Origin: Brevibacterium phage LuckyBarnes | Sequence record: MF668275.1 | DNA: 32,000 nt | Reading direction: 5' to 3' (one strand) | In this document: positions 1-10,066 of the stretch, one piece after another | Position numbering within the stretch: the first letter of the stretch is position 1 | Layout of the letters: every line of letters begins with the position of its first letter | The notes under the pieces: generated by a model | Seen by the model: the letters and a program-made list of their open reading frames with translations, nothing else | Told to the model about the DNA's origin: nothing | The model's database searches: none | Made by a program: the position numbers and the translations under genes

Positions 1-2930
1 CCACCACCTCCAATCTGGGGCAGGCCGCGAAGTCCATGAAGATGGATGTCGGGGCCATGAAGTCCTTCGCAGGCAAGCTCAAGAAGCTGGCCGAGATGGG
101 CATCCCCGGCGCGATCATCCAGCAGATTGCTCAGGCTGGGGTCGATGAGGGTTCGTCTATGGCGGACAGCTTCCTCAAGGCCAGCAGCACTGAGCGCAAG
201 TCGTACGTCGGAGCCTGGAAGGAGTACGAGAAGTACGCCAATCAGGCTGGAGAGTACGTCACCCGAGGGTTCTCCAAGGGTGGTGCCGAGGCCGCGAACG
301 GCGTGGTCAAGGGCATCAAGGGGAAGCAGAAGTCTGTCGAGACAGCCATTGCCAATCTGGCCAAGGCCATGGAGCGCACGTTCAAGGACGTGCTCGGTAT
401 CCACTCCCCCAGCCGTGTCACCGGCGAGATCGGACGGTTCACCGTCGAGGGTCTTGTCAACGAGATGCTGGCAGGCCGTAGCACTGTGCAGGCAGCGGCG
501 GCATCACTGGCCTCCGCCGCGGTGCCCTCCGTCGGGCCGATGCCGGTGCTTGATCCGATCTCTGCACCGACCACCATGGACATCGGGATCAACCCGGTCG
601 TTCAGGAAGATGAGGGCGCAGCCGGGCTGGCCATGCAGAACATGTCCTCCACGACGCTGGATGCCATGTCGCAGATGAACCTCGCAGTGGCTGACGGGTT
701 CGCAGGCATGATCGCGAACACCCAGGCGGCGCAGTCCCAGATGCTGCTGGACACCCAGCAGAATCAGACCGGGATGCTCACCGCCACCCAGGGGTCGAAC
801 GCTGGCCAGCTGCTGGACACCCAGACCCAGCAGGCGGCAATGCTGCTCAATACACAGACGCAGAATGCCTCCATGCTGCTGGACGTCCAGACCCAGCAGG
901 AAGCCATGCGTCACAGCGTGGCCGCGAAGCAGTCCGCAGCCAAGACTGCAGCCACCGAGCAGCAGGAGGCCATGCGCCTCATGCTGATCGAGAAGCAGTC
1001 GTCCATGAAGACGAAGTCGGAAACCGACTTCGAATCCATGAAGCGCACCACCGGCACGAAGTTCGGTGACATGCGCAAGGCTACGGACACGACGATGTCC
1101 AACACCTACGACGACTACGACAGCCGCCTGGTGGACATGAAGTCGCTGAACAAGCGAGGGTTCGAATCCATCCTGGGCACCTCGAACACAAACATGGAGG
1201 GCGTCCGCAAGGGCATCAACCGTGAGATCGAGGATGCTAAGCCACAGCTTGGCAGCAGGATGAACAGCCTGATTGATGTCATGGGCAGCTTCTCGTCAAG
1301 CATCAACAAAGCGTTCGGTGACGTGGGGGTCAAGCTCCCAGCACCGGCCAAGCTCAAATATGCTGACGGCGGTATGCTGCCGGGGTACTCGCCAGGATAC
1401 GACGACTACCGCTTCATGGATCCGGCAGGCCGCTCCCTGGAGCTGTCTGGCGGCGAGTCCATCATGCGTCCCGAATTCGGTGCCGTGGTGGGACCGCATT
1501 GGGTCGAGGGAGCTAACGCTGCAGCACGCGCCGGGGGAATTGAGGGGGTACGTCAGTATCTCGACATGCCTCATGAAGCGTTCGCCAGCGGGGGCACGCT
1601 GTCGTTCAAGGATGGTGGCACCCTGCCGCGAAACACTCAGGGACTCGTCCAGCTGGGCAAGGCGCTCAGCGGGATCGGCGTTCGTGTGTCGGAGGGGCCA
1701 GCACCATTCGGCCCTGTCCACCGCGTCCACGCTCCCAATTCCTGGCACTACCGTCAGGGAGCGCTTGACCTCAACACTGCACCCGGTCAGTCTGCAGGCG
1801 AGATGAGGGATTTCGACCAGATCATGCCGCTGCTGCATCAGCTCGGCTGGGGTGTCATCTGGCGATACGCTGGGCACTACAATCACGCTCACGTGGACCT
1901 CGGAAACCGAAGCCTCGGCTCGTTCAACCGCAATGCTCAGGGGTCTGGTGACCTCTGGCAGAAGCTGCTCGGCCTCCGGGTCAACGGCGGCGGGGCAGGC
2001 GGCATGGACTTCCATCCGTTCCTGGACAAGGCTGGCATCTCTCCGGGTGCCGACATGTCGGAGTCCTATGAGCGTGCAGCTAAGAAGCTCCTCAAGAGCA
2101 TCGTGGCCAAGCATGAGGGGATGCTCCCCGACGGAATGGCGGGCGACCTCGGTGCCGGAATCATGGCCAAGGCCCGGGAGGGTCTGGTCAAGAAGGCATC
2201 CGAGTACGGCAAGACTGCCGGTGCAGGCGGCGCGGACTTCTCGAACGTGGCCAACGGTCCTATCAAGCAGATGGCCAAGCAGATGCTTGAGGCTATGGGC
2301 TGGGGCGACCAGTTCGGTGACCTCAACTGGCTCCTCACGAGGGAGTCGGGATGGAACCCGAACGCACAGAACCCCACCTCCACAGCCTACGGACTGTTCC
2401 AGTTCCTCAACTCGACGTGGGGCAGCGTCGGCGGTTCCAAGACCTCCGACCCGCGCCTCCAGCTGGAGTATGGCTTGAAGTACATCAAGCAACGCTACGG
2501 TGACGTCAAGGGGGCGCGTTCGTTCTGGCAGCGTAACCACTGGTACGAGGGCGGAATCCGGGCTGCACAGTCCGGTCTCGCCGTCGTGGGTGAGAACGGG
2601 CCGGAGCTGGTGGATCTGCGCGGGTCTGAGCGCATCCATAACGCGCAGCAGACGCGCAAGCTGCTCGCCGAGAACCGCACCATGATCCCGGCACCGCAGC
2701 AGTCCTCACTCTCCGCTCAGCAGCTCGGAAAGGCGATCGCTGCTGCCGGTGGGTCGAACGGGGGAATCACTCCTCAGGACCTGGCTGCAGCGTTTGACGG
2801 TGTGAAGATGACCTTCCAGGCCGAGGGCCAGCAGTTCAGCGGAGCAGTCACCGCAGTCATTGCCAACGGATACGATCAGTCGCGCTCGCGGCTGGCCAAG
2901 TCCTCACAGAAAATGGGAGCCATACGATGA
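1..2930 (+). CDS. Tail tape measure protein, 5'-truncated at the window edge, with M15/VanY-like peptidase and SLT-like transglycosylase domains
   Basis: Frame is open upstream of the track start (36) to the window edge (TTSNLGQAAKSMKMDV...). First gene of a tail operon; motifs NSWHYRQGALDLN...GHYNHAHVDLG (LAS/M15-like) and LLTRESGWNPNAQNPTSTAYGLFQFLNSTWGS (SLT-like). Confidence 0.93.
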   Translation, partial: TTSNLGQAAKSMKMDVGAMKSFAGKLKKLAEMGIPGAIIQQIAQAGVDEGSSMADSFLKASSTERKSYVGAWKEYEKYANQAGEYVTRGFSKGGAEAANGVVKGIKGKQKSVETAIANLAKAMERTFKDVLGIHSPSRVTGEIGRFTVEGLVNEMLAGRSTVQAAAASLASAAVPSVGPMPVLDPISAPTTMDIGINPVVQEDEGAAGLAMQNMSSTTLDAMSQMNLAVADGFAGMIANTQAAQSQMLLDTQQNQTGMLTATQGSNAGQLLDTQTQQAAMLLNTQTQNASMLLDVQTQQEAMRHSVAAKQSAAKTAATEQQEAMRLMLIEKQSSMKTKSETDFESMKRTTGTKFGDMRKATDTTMSNTYDDYDSRLVDMKSLNKRGFESILGTSNTNMEGVRKGINREIEDAKPQLGSRMNSLIDVMGSFSSSINKAFGDVGVKLPAPAKLKYADGGMLPGYSPGYDDYRFMDPAGRSLELSGGESIMRPEFGAVVGPHWVEGANAAARAGGIEGVRQYLDMPHEAFASGGTLSFKDGGTLPRNTQGLVQLGKALSGIGVRVSEGPAPFGPVHRVHAPNSWHYRQGALDLNTAPGQSAGEMRDFDQIMPLLHQLGWGVIWRYAGHYNHAHVDLGNRSLGSFNRNAQGSGDLWQKLLGLRVNGGGAGGMDFHPFLDKAGISPGADMSESYERAAKKLLKSIVAKHEGMLPDGMAGDLGAGIMAKAREGLVKKASEYGKTAGAGGADFSNVANGPIKQMAKQMLEAMGWGDQFGDLNWLLTRESGWNPNAQNPTSTAYGLFQFLNSTWGSVGGSKTSDPRLQLEYGLKYIKQRYGDVKGARSFWQRNHWYEGGIRAAQSGLAVVGENGPELVDLRGSERIHNAQQTRKLLAENRTMIPAPQQSSLSAQQLGKAIAAAGGSNGGITPQDLAAAFDGVKMTFQAEGQQFSGAVTAVIANGYDQSRSRLAKSSQKMGAIR

Positions 2931-3814
2931 TTCTCCGTCATGGAGAGTTCGCCATCAACGGGTTCAAGTTTGGGTGTGGCCACGTTGTCGACGTGGCCAC
3001 ACTCCAGGCAACCTCCGTCCGGTGGCGGGTTCAAGACCAAGACAACCCGGTAGGGGACAACCTGCTGATGGGTCGCGACTTCGGCGACCCGCAGCCGATC
3101 AAGCTGGACCTCCTCGTGCGAGGCGCAGACCCGGAGTCGGCACGGCTGGGAGCGGATGAGTTCGCTGCAGCCTGGGTCAGCTCCAAGAAGCGCGGCCCGA
3201 ACGAGAAGTCTGTGCTCGAGATCGGTGTCGGCGGCAAGACCCTCCGCGCTTATGGTCGTCCTCGTGACCTGGACATCGACGATACCAAACTGTTCACCCA
3301 GCCTCGCAGCACTGGACAGGCTGTGTTCGATCGCTCGGACATGTACTTCTACGGTGACACAGGGGACGGCGGGGGAGGGTCGGTGCCGCTACGCATCAAC
3401 CCTCCCCAGGCCGCGGGGATGACATTCCCCCTCGTGTTCCCCTGGGCCACTCTCGAGGGTGGCCGACGGCAAGGCATCATTGACAACGCTGGGAAGCGCG
3501 AGACCAAGGATGTCACCATCAAGATCAATGGGCCGATCTCAGACCCCATAGTCCGGGGGTCCGGATGGTATCTGGCCCTGGACACCACCCTGAAATATGA
3601 CCAGTCCGTCGTGATAAATGTGTTGGACCAGACGGTTCGGCGCAACGACGGCACCTCACTCGCCGGGGCGCTCACCCGCAAGTCCCGGCTGACCAATGTC
3701 GTTGTGCCTGCAGGGCAGTCCGAGTTCTTCTTTGAGGGAGTCGACGTGACTGGATCTGCCACCGCGACCGTCACCTGGCGTTCCGCCTATACCAGCCTAG
3801 GAGCACAATCATGA
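2927..3814 (+). CDS. Distal tail / minor tail protein (Dit-like)
   Basis: ATGA overlap with the tape measure stop; syntenic position; MILRHGEFAINGFKFG... start typical of siphovirus distal tail proteins. Confidence 0.7.
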   Translation: MILRHGEFAINGFKFGCGHVVDVATLQATSVRWRVQDQDNPVGDNLLMGRDFGDPQPIKLDLLVRGADPESARLGADEFAAAWVSSKKRGPNEKSVLEIGVGGKTLRAYGRPRDLDIDDTKLFTQPRSTGQAVFDRSDMYFYGDTGDGGGGSVPLRINPPQAAGMTFPLVFPWATLEGGRRQGIIDNAGKRETKDVTIKINGPISDPIVRGSGWYLALDTTLKYDQSVVINVLDQTVRRNDGTSLAGALTRKSRLTNVVVPAGQSEFFFEGVDVTGSATATVTWRSAYTSLGAQS

Positions 3815-4863
3815 CACTCCGTCCAGTACCATGGGCCACTTCTGGTGGCATTGACGGCAAGGGCGGCGCAGAGAACAGCGTCGAGCTTGCCCGTGTCGGT
3901 GCTTACGCAGGCACCTCCGGCGCAACGGGGATCATCGAGCCGACTGACCTCAAGGTCACGGCTCTCCCGGTCCCCGACGGCGCGGTTCGCATACGGAGGG
4001 GCACGGGCGTCATCAAGTCGACCTATACCGGCGTGTTCGGTCAGTCGTATGCAGTCCAGGAGGACTCGTACACCGATGTCCCCGTGAGCGCCACCGGCTC
4101 CAGCGGCGCGGCTGTCAAGTACGTCTACATCCTCATTGAGGACACTCAGTACAATGGTCAGCAGCCTACCGACGTGAAGAACGGACCCTACAATTTCTAT
4201 CGGGTCACGACCTCTCTCCCGTCGAACAAACCGTACCTCCTGCTCGCGAAGATCAATCAGCCTGCCAGCACCGGGGCCATCACGAACGCCATGATCACGG
4301 ACATGCGCGAGGTGGCTGTCCCCCGCAAGGACTACGGCTTCTTCGCCCGTCCCCGGATCGGCGAAGACAGCGGTATCCAGATGGCCCTCCACGCGAAGTA
4401 CGTCAATGGATCTGATACCGAATATGGGGAGCTGTTCCCAGGTGGCAACGGGATCGTTAATTGGGGTGTCCTCTACATCCCAGAATGGGCGACCCACTCA
4501 GTGATCAGCGCGAAATGGATGGGGATCATCGGTGCCTCCGGTCAGAACAGCTGGGGTCGGTACTGGATTGAGTACGGAGACGAATACCGGGGCCACGGCT
4601 GGCCCAACGGCAAGCAATACGAATTCGCCACCCAGCAGTTCGGCTTCAATACCACTGGTACTTCTGGAGCCTACCGCGAATCTTGGCTCCTTGACGATGC
4701 CAAGCCTATCCCCAAGAAGCTGCGCGGCAAGGATGTGACATTCGCGTTCAAGGCAGGATACGAACCCGGTGCCTCTACTTCCGGCATCAGTATGGATGCC
4801 CTCGGTGGTGTGTCTGTCCGGGTAGACTATGTTCAGCAGCGCGAAGACCCGGACACAATCTAA
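3811..4863 (+). CDS. Minor tail protein
   Basis: Long ORF starting just before the 3814 stop with AGGAG upstream; tail operon synteny. Confidence 0.65.
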   Translation: MTLRPVPWATSGGIDGKGGAENSVELARVGAYAGTSGATGIIEPTDLKVTALPVPDGAVRIRRGTGVIKSTYTGVFGQSYAVQEDSYTDVPVSATGSSGAAVKYVYILIEDTQYNGQQPTDVKNGPYNFYRVTTSLPSNKPYLLLAKINQPASTGAITNAMITDMREVAVPRKDYGFFARPRIGEDSGIQMALHAKYVNGSDTEYGELFPGGNGIVNWGVLYIPEWATHSVISAKWMGIIGASGQNSWGRYWIEYGDEYRGHGWPNGKQYEFATQQFGFNTTGTSGAYRESWLLDDAKPIPKKLRGKDVTFAFKAGYEPGASTSGISMDALGGVSVRVDYVQQREDPDTI

Positions 4864-4872
4864 GGAGACCCC

Positions 4873-5961
4873 ATGTCGGAATGGCGTTACATAGCTTCAA
4901 GGCTGAATGGTGACGGAACGGAGACCTTTCTCGACAAGGAACTTCCACTCAGTGGGGTGTCCATCCAGAACGTGATATCGGGGCACGGTGGCCTGGATGC
5001 TACCATCACCCCCGAGGTTGCGCGGCTGCAAGCCGAGGATGGACTCCCGATCTTCACCCCGTGGTCGACAGCCATCTACGCTGAGGCCTCGGGGTCAATC
5101 CGGGGTGGGGGCATCCTCACCTCAGATCCAATCAGTGGACCTAACCTCAGCCTGGACTGCATCGGTTTCTCGGGGTACCTGCAGGGCCAGCCGTGGATGA
5201 AGGAAGACAAGTTCGACACGGCTGACCCGCTGCAGGTTGACCGGTACATCTGGGAGACCTTCCAGAAGAAGCCGTTCAACCTCGGACTCAAGCCGACAGG
5301 CGACACGAAGAGCCAACAACGGCAGTTGTCGGAATCGGTGTCAGGCAAGAAGGAGTTCTACTACCTCGCGCCATGGCAGACCACTGACCTGGACAAAGAG
5401 CGCGAGCAGATGGCCGCGATCGGTGGTTACGAGTGGGTGACCAAGCACCGCTGGTCCGGTGAGAAGATCATCCACGAGATCGAGTACGGCTTCCCTAAGC
5501 TGGGACGCCGCCGTACCGATCTACGGTTCGTGGCTGGCGAGAACATCTCGGAGCACATCGGTGTCCAGATGGACGGCGAATCGTACGCGTCTCACGTGCT
5601 GGTGCTTGGCTCCGGCCAGGGTCGCAAGATGATCCAGGCCAGCGACGACCGCAGCTCGAACCGTCTGGGACGGTGGGCCATCGTCACTGACAAGAACATC
5701 ACCAAAGACAAGATCGCAATTGACCGCGTGGCTGCAGAGCTGGAGGCTCGCACCGGCACGGCAGACATCACGGAGCTGGAAGTGTGGGACCACGACAATG
5801 CCCCGGTGGGATCGTACTCGCCGGGGGATGAGATCTACGTCCAGTCGGCGGAGGGCTGGGGGAACTTCGGTGCCCTCTGGCTGCGGGTGCTGGGCATCGT
5901 CCACCACCCTGAAAAGAACACGTCCACCCTGCAGGTTCGCAGATCGGAGAAAGTCACATGA
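4873..5961 (+). CDS. Minor tail protein, Gp37/ReqiPepy6-like baseplate/tail-tip type
   Basis: AAGGAG upstream; N-terminus WRYIASRLNGDGTETFLDKELPLSGVSIQNVISGHGGLDATITPE and synteny. Confidence 0.7.
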   Translation: MSEWRYIASRLNGDGTETFLDKELPLSGVSIQNVISGHGGLDATITPEVARLQAEDGLPIFTPWSTAIYAEASGSIRGGGILTSDPISGPNLSLDCIGFSGYLQGQPWMKEDKFDTADPLQVDRYIWETFQKKPFNLGLKPTGDTKSQQRQLSESVSGKKEFYYLAPWQTTDLDKEREQMAAIGGYEWVTKHRWSGEKIIHEIEYGFPKLGRRRTDLRFVAGENISEHIGVQMDGESYASHVLVLGSGQGRKMIQASDDRSSNRLGRWAIVTDKNITKDKIAIDRVAAELEARTGTADITELEVWDHDNAPVGSYSPGDEIYVQSAEGWGNFGALWLRVLGIVHHPEKNTSTLQVRRSEKVT

Positions 5962-8900
5962 GTCTGTACTCTCAGCTGGACCGCCTGGCGTCCGACCTGG
6001 AGACTGTCAAGAAGCAGCTGCACGCCGTGGCCAATACCAATCAGCTGCAGCGCAGCTCGGTGGAGGCAGGGTCTCTCGACTTCAATGACGAGGACGGCAA
6101 CCTCAAGGCTATAATCGGCTTGCAGCACGACGGGGCCACCACGGTCAACGTCGTGAACGGACCGAAGCCTCCCACCCCGGCAGGCATCACCGCCGCGGTG
6201 GACAACGGTCGCATCATCCTCCGCTGGGACGGCACGTTCTCCGGGGACCTCATTGCCCCGACCGACTGGGCACGGACAGAGATCTATGCTCAGGAGGGCG
6301 ACTTTGTCGTCCCGACCCCTGAGAATGCACGGGGGTCGTTTGTGTCTGCTGCAGGCGGCGAGCTGACCATCGGTGTGAAGCGTGGAACCTGGACGGTCTG
6401 TGTGGCCGCATGGTCGCAAGCTGGTCGCCAGTCTGAAATGTCTGTGCCGATTACGGTCGAGGTCCCGGGCTTCGGTGACCTGGTTCAGGAGGCCATTGAC
6501 AAGGCCGAGGCGCTGATCGAGGAAGCTCGTACCACGCTCGAAGCTGGGCAGGCCGAGCTCACTGACAAGCTGGGCGACCTCACCACCGACCTCACTGACC
6601 TCGGATATGACATCGATCTGGTGCAGCTGGCTCAGTCCCAGATGGTGGGCGACATCTCTGACGCCCAGGCCAAGGCCGACAGCGCGTTCCAGAATGCCGC
6701 GACTGCTGACTCCAATGCCACCGCGGCGAAGTCGGTTGCCGACCAGGCCAAGGCGGACGCCGCTGCAGCTGCAGGGGTGGCCGGGGGCAAGGCAGATGTG
6801 CTGATCCAGTCAACCACCCCGGCGACCGCCATGCGCAAGGCGACCACCCTCTGGATTGACACCACCAGCAGCACAAACACCCCGAAGCGGTGGAACGGTA
6901 CGGCGTGGGTCGCTGTCACGGACAAGGCCGCGACAGATGCTGCCGCTGCTGCCGCTACTGCACAGACCAAGGCCGACCAGGCCAAGACCGCAGCCGACCA
7001 GGCCAAGGCCACCGCCGATGCTGCGCAGACAGCCGCGTCGAATGCCCAGGCCACGGCCACCCAGGCGCTCACCTCAGCCAACTCCAAGAACACCATCACC
7101 CGCAGCACCAGCAACCCACCGGCCAGCTACACGGGCCGGGTGGATGACCTCTGGTGGAAGATGACCACGCTGGCTGCATCGGGCCGGGTGCTGGGGCAGT
7201 ACCGCTGGACTGGCACTGCATGGCTTGCTGAGCAGATTGACTCGGCGGTGCTGGCGTATGTTGACGCAGCCAAGATCACCACGGGCTTCCTTGACGTGGC
7301 CACGCTTATCAAAGCTGCAGCCATCACGGTGGACAAGCTGCTGATCGGTGGGAGCCGGAACCTGCTGCCGAACGGAGACCTGGATAAGGGGTCTGCTGTC
7401 GGCTGGCCCGTTTCAACCATGGGAGAAGGTCCGGTATACGATACCACCGACAAGCCCGAGGGGAAGATCGCTCGAGTTTCATATCGTACAACGCAAACCC
7501 AGCAGGGGTCGACCTTCGGTCGGTTCTCGGTCGCTGGGATGGAAACCCTTGTCCTGGAAGCTTGGGTCAAGGCAGATAAGCCGGGATCGATCATTTACGT
7601 CGAGGTTCGGGATCAGAATAGCGACCACGCCGCGATTGCGTCCCGGTCCGCTTGGGGGGCCGCTGAGGGCGGATGGGCAGGCGACACGACCTCTTACTCC
7701 TACGCCTTCGGGAAGATGGAAGTCCCGACGGTGTGGACGAAGTTCCGGTCGACCCTCAAGCTCGCGCCGGGGACCTCCGAGGTGTATATCGGTGGTATGT
7801 ACTTCAACCACTCGTCGGGGACTGAGCGGGACGCCACGGTTAGCTATGCTGGGCTGTCGCTTCGCCCCATGGTCGGCGGCACGCTCATCGAGCCCGGCGG
7901 CATCCAGACGCCACACCTGGCCGCTGATGTGCTCGACGTCAAGAACTTCACGGCAGGTGCCGGGGAGATGAACGAGGCCGTCATTGCCAAGCTGTTCTCC
8001 GACGTGGTCGTGGCGCGTATGGCGCAGGCCGAGGAGTTCATTGGCGATAACGCCATCCTGACCGACTCGATTACTGCGCCTAAGATCGTAGCCAGCGAGG
8101 AACTAACTGCCAAGGTGGCTGATTTCCTGCGAGTCCGCTCAGAGATGATTGAAGCGGACGCCATTGACGGCATGGTTATCCGTGGCCTGACGCTGCTCGC
8201 TGGTAACGATCGGCACCGACTGGATGACGGCGGCTATGCCATCTTCGATGAGAATGGCGACCGGCGCACTTACCTCTCACCAGAGGGATCATCGTTCAAA
8301 GGTGAGGTGGAAGCGGATAACCTCGTTGTGAACGGCGGAGCCGAGCTGCGCGGTACTGAAAATATCTTGGCTCAGGGCGGAAAGCTCACAATTGCTGCAG
8401 GTGTCACAGACCCTACGGCACCGCCAAATGTGCAGCCCTATTGGGAGGGGATTGAGCTTGAGTCAAGGCTTGACGAAGCTACGGGTCTAGCATTTGACGG
8501 AACGAATTACTGGACGGGGTATAAGCGTTCATTGGGCGGCGGTCAGGTTGAGGCATATAGGGTCAAAATTACCCCCGAGGGGGTGGTGACTAAGTTCTCA
8601 GCTACATCTTGGAATGAGTTCTGGGGTGTCACCGCCATCGGGTCGGAGCTATTCTGGCTGTATAAGACTTACGGTGGTTTCAGTTCTCAGAAAGCCATGG
8701 TAGAAGTGACCGACTTGAACCTGGTAAAGAAACGAGATTTCGAGTTCGTTGATATTGGGCTGGATGCTAAGGGCAAGGCGGACTACCTGCCCGGTATCGG
8801 AAACGATGGAACGAACGTTGTTATTGGCCACGCTTCGGATAATGGAACTCTGCGAGTGCGCATCTATAACAAAACGACAGGCGCTCAAATCGGTTCCACC

Positions 8901-9869
8901 ATCTCAGAGCCTAACACGAACTTCGCTGGAGATGTCAACGGAATCTACATGGGTCCCGCCGATGATGGTACGACTCGTATCTATATCAACAAAAGAGATC
9001 GGAAGTACGTCTACACATATACATCTGCAGGAGTATATGACGGCACCCGGACGTTCCAAACGGCGACGGCTAGTTCTGTGGGACTGGCCTTTCATAACGG
9101 TGCGTTCCACACGCTGGACCTGAGTACGATCCACCGGTACGCTGACAGTAACACTGGTGACAACTCAGGAGACTGGTGGGCCACGTACTACTGGTACACG
9201 GACATTGACAATGATGAGATTATCGAGTCAACGGATTACCGCTCTCGCATGGCACCACCAAAGCGGTTCACCTGGCCTCGCCGGTCGATGTTGAAGATCC
9301 TGGGGCAGCCGCTTCCTAGTGGTGTGGAGGCCCTCGGCCCCGCATTAGCCAAGAAGTCGACCACCCCCGTGAGAACAGACTTCAGTGGTCCCGGATGGAT
9401 AGTTGATTCGGGAAAGCCCTCAGCGCGATATATCGTGCTGCCGACGAACTGGACCGCCTACGCCTCGCCTTCGTCAGAAAACACCTACCCCACAGCCACA
9501 CCGGCTTCTATTGAGTCCGCTTCAGGAACAACTCAGTTCAAGGGGGACGGCTCGGGTCGCATCGGCTCTCTGGTGTTCGGCCAGAATGGAAAGATCACCT
9601 CTGGGCTGCTGGCTCATGCCTCTGGGGAGGTCAGTGTTACCCCCACGGGGTCTTCCGGAACTCGAACCGGGAACGCCTATGTGACCTTCCCAGCTGGGAG
9701 ATTCACTTCCACACCCAAAGTGGTCATATCAGCTCTCACTTCGGTGCCTGGAACAACGGTAGTTGGAGTCGGTGCATCGGGCACCTCGGTCAATGGGTTC
9801 ACCGCTTACTTGGCCAGGGTCAACAACACGACTACGCCTCTGGCTTGGATCGCAATGGAGGAGGGATGA
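5958..9869 (+). CDS. Large minor tail / tail fibre-like protein with central Ala/Lys-rich coiled coil and C-terminal receptor-binding-like region
   Basis: 1303 aa ORF with ATGA overlap; KADAAAAAGVA / AKAQADSAFQNA-type coiled coil; repeat-like beta-rich C-terminal half. Confidence 0.75.
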   Translation: MSLYSQLDRLASDLETVKKQLHAVANTNQLQRSSVEAGSLDFNDEDGNLKAIIGLQHDGATTVNVVNGPKPPTPAGITAAVDNGRIILRWDGTFSGDLIAPTDWARTEIYAQEGDFVVPTPENARGSFVSAAGGELTIGVKRGTWTVCVAAWSQAGRQSEMSVPITVEVPGFGDLVQEAIDKAEALIEEARTTLEAGQAELTDKLGDLTTDLTDLGYDIDLVQLAQSQMVGDISDAQAKADSAFQNAATADSNATAAKSVADQAKADAAAAAGVAGGKADVLIQSTTPATAMRKATTLWIDTTSSTNTPKRWNGTAWVAVTDKAATDAAAAAATAQTKADQAKTAADQAKATADAAQTAASNAQATATQALTSANSKNTITRSTSNPPASYTGRVDDLWWKMTTLAASGRVLGQYRWTGTAWLAEQIDSAVLAYVDAAKITTGFLDVATLIKAAAITVDKLLIGGSRNLLPNGDLDKGSAVGWPVSTMGEGPVYDTTDKPEGKIARVSYRTTQTQQGSTFGRFSVAGMETLVLEAWVKADKPGSIIYVEVRDQNSDHAAIASRSAWGAAEGGWAGDTTSYSYAFGKMEVPTVWTKFRSTLKLAPGTSEVYIGGMYFNHSSGTERDATVSYAGLSLRPMVGGTLIEPGGIQTPHLAADVLDVKNFTAGAGEMNEAVIAKLFSDVVVARMAQAEEFIGDNAILTDSITAPKIVASEELTAKVADFLRVRSEMIEADAIDGMVIRGLTLLAGNDRHRLDDGGYAIFDENGDRRTYLSPEGSSFKGEVEADNLVVNGGAELRGTENILAQGGKLTIAAGVTDPTAPPNVQPYWEGIELESRLDEATGLAFDGTNYWTGYKRSLGGGQVEAYRVKITPEGVVTKFSATSWNEFWGVTAIGSELFWLYKTYGGFSSQKAMVEVTDLNLVKKRDFEFVDIGLDAKGKADYLPGIGNDGTNVVIGHASDNGTLRVRIYNKTTGAQIGSTISEPNTNFAGDVNGIYMGPADDGTTRIYINKRDRKYVYTYTSAGVYDGTRTFQTATASSVGLAFHNGAFHTLDLSTIHRYADSNTGDNSGDWWATYYWYTDIDNDEIIESTDYRSRMAPPKRFTWPRRSMLKILGQPLPSGVEALGPALAKKSTTPVRTDFSGPGWIVDSGKPSARYIVLPTNWTAYASPSSENTYPTATPASIESASGTTQFKGDGSGRIGSLVFGQNGKITSGLLAHASGEVSVTPTGSSGTRTGNAYVTFPAGRFTSTPKVVISALTSVPGTTVVGVGASGTSVNGFTAYLARVNNTTTPLAWIAMEEG

Positions 9870-10066
9870 TGGAACCAGAGCCAATGATCATTACACGGTG
9901 GCTCACCTGCCACACGGTTGGGTGTGGAAATGCCGAGGTTACTTTGATGGGGGTTTTCCCCGAGGATGTAGACGCCCTCTTTTGTGGGGTCTGCTCTCAG
10001 CCGATAACCGACGTGGCCACCGAGCCACCCAAACCGATCACGGAGATGCCAACATGGGAGCTATAA
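9866..10066 (+). CDS. Small Cys-containing phage protein (possible zinc-binding)
   Basis: ATGATG start overlapping the 9869 stop; MMEPEPMIITRWLTCHTVGCGNAEV...LFCGVCSQP with paired cysteines. Confidence 0.65.
   Translation: MMEPEPMIITRWLTCHTVGCGNAEVTLMGVFPEDVDALFCGVCSQPITDVATEPPKPITEMPTWEL

Noticed and set aside
708-1103. 33-nt periodicity considered as a CRISPR or DNA satellite array
   Set aside because: The regularity is at protein level (hendecads); nucleotide units are not conserved and there are no repeat-spacer boundaries.
1296-2639. 447-aa ORF on the - strand inside the tape measure gene
   Set aside because: Shadow ORF of a high-GC coding region; the + strand frame has clear domain motifs and operon synteny.
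7844-8173. 109-aa - strand ORF in the tail fibre-like gene
   Set aside because: Serine/alanine-rich shadow translation with no motif or start context.
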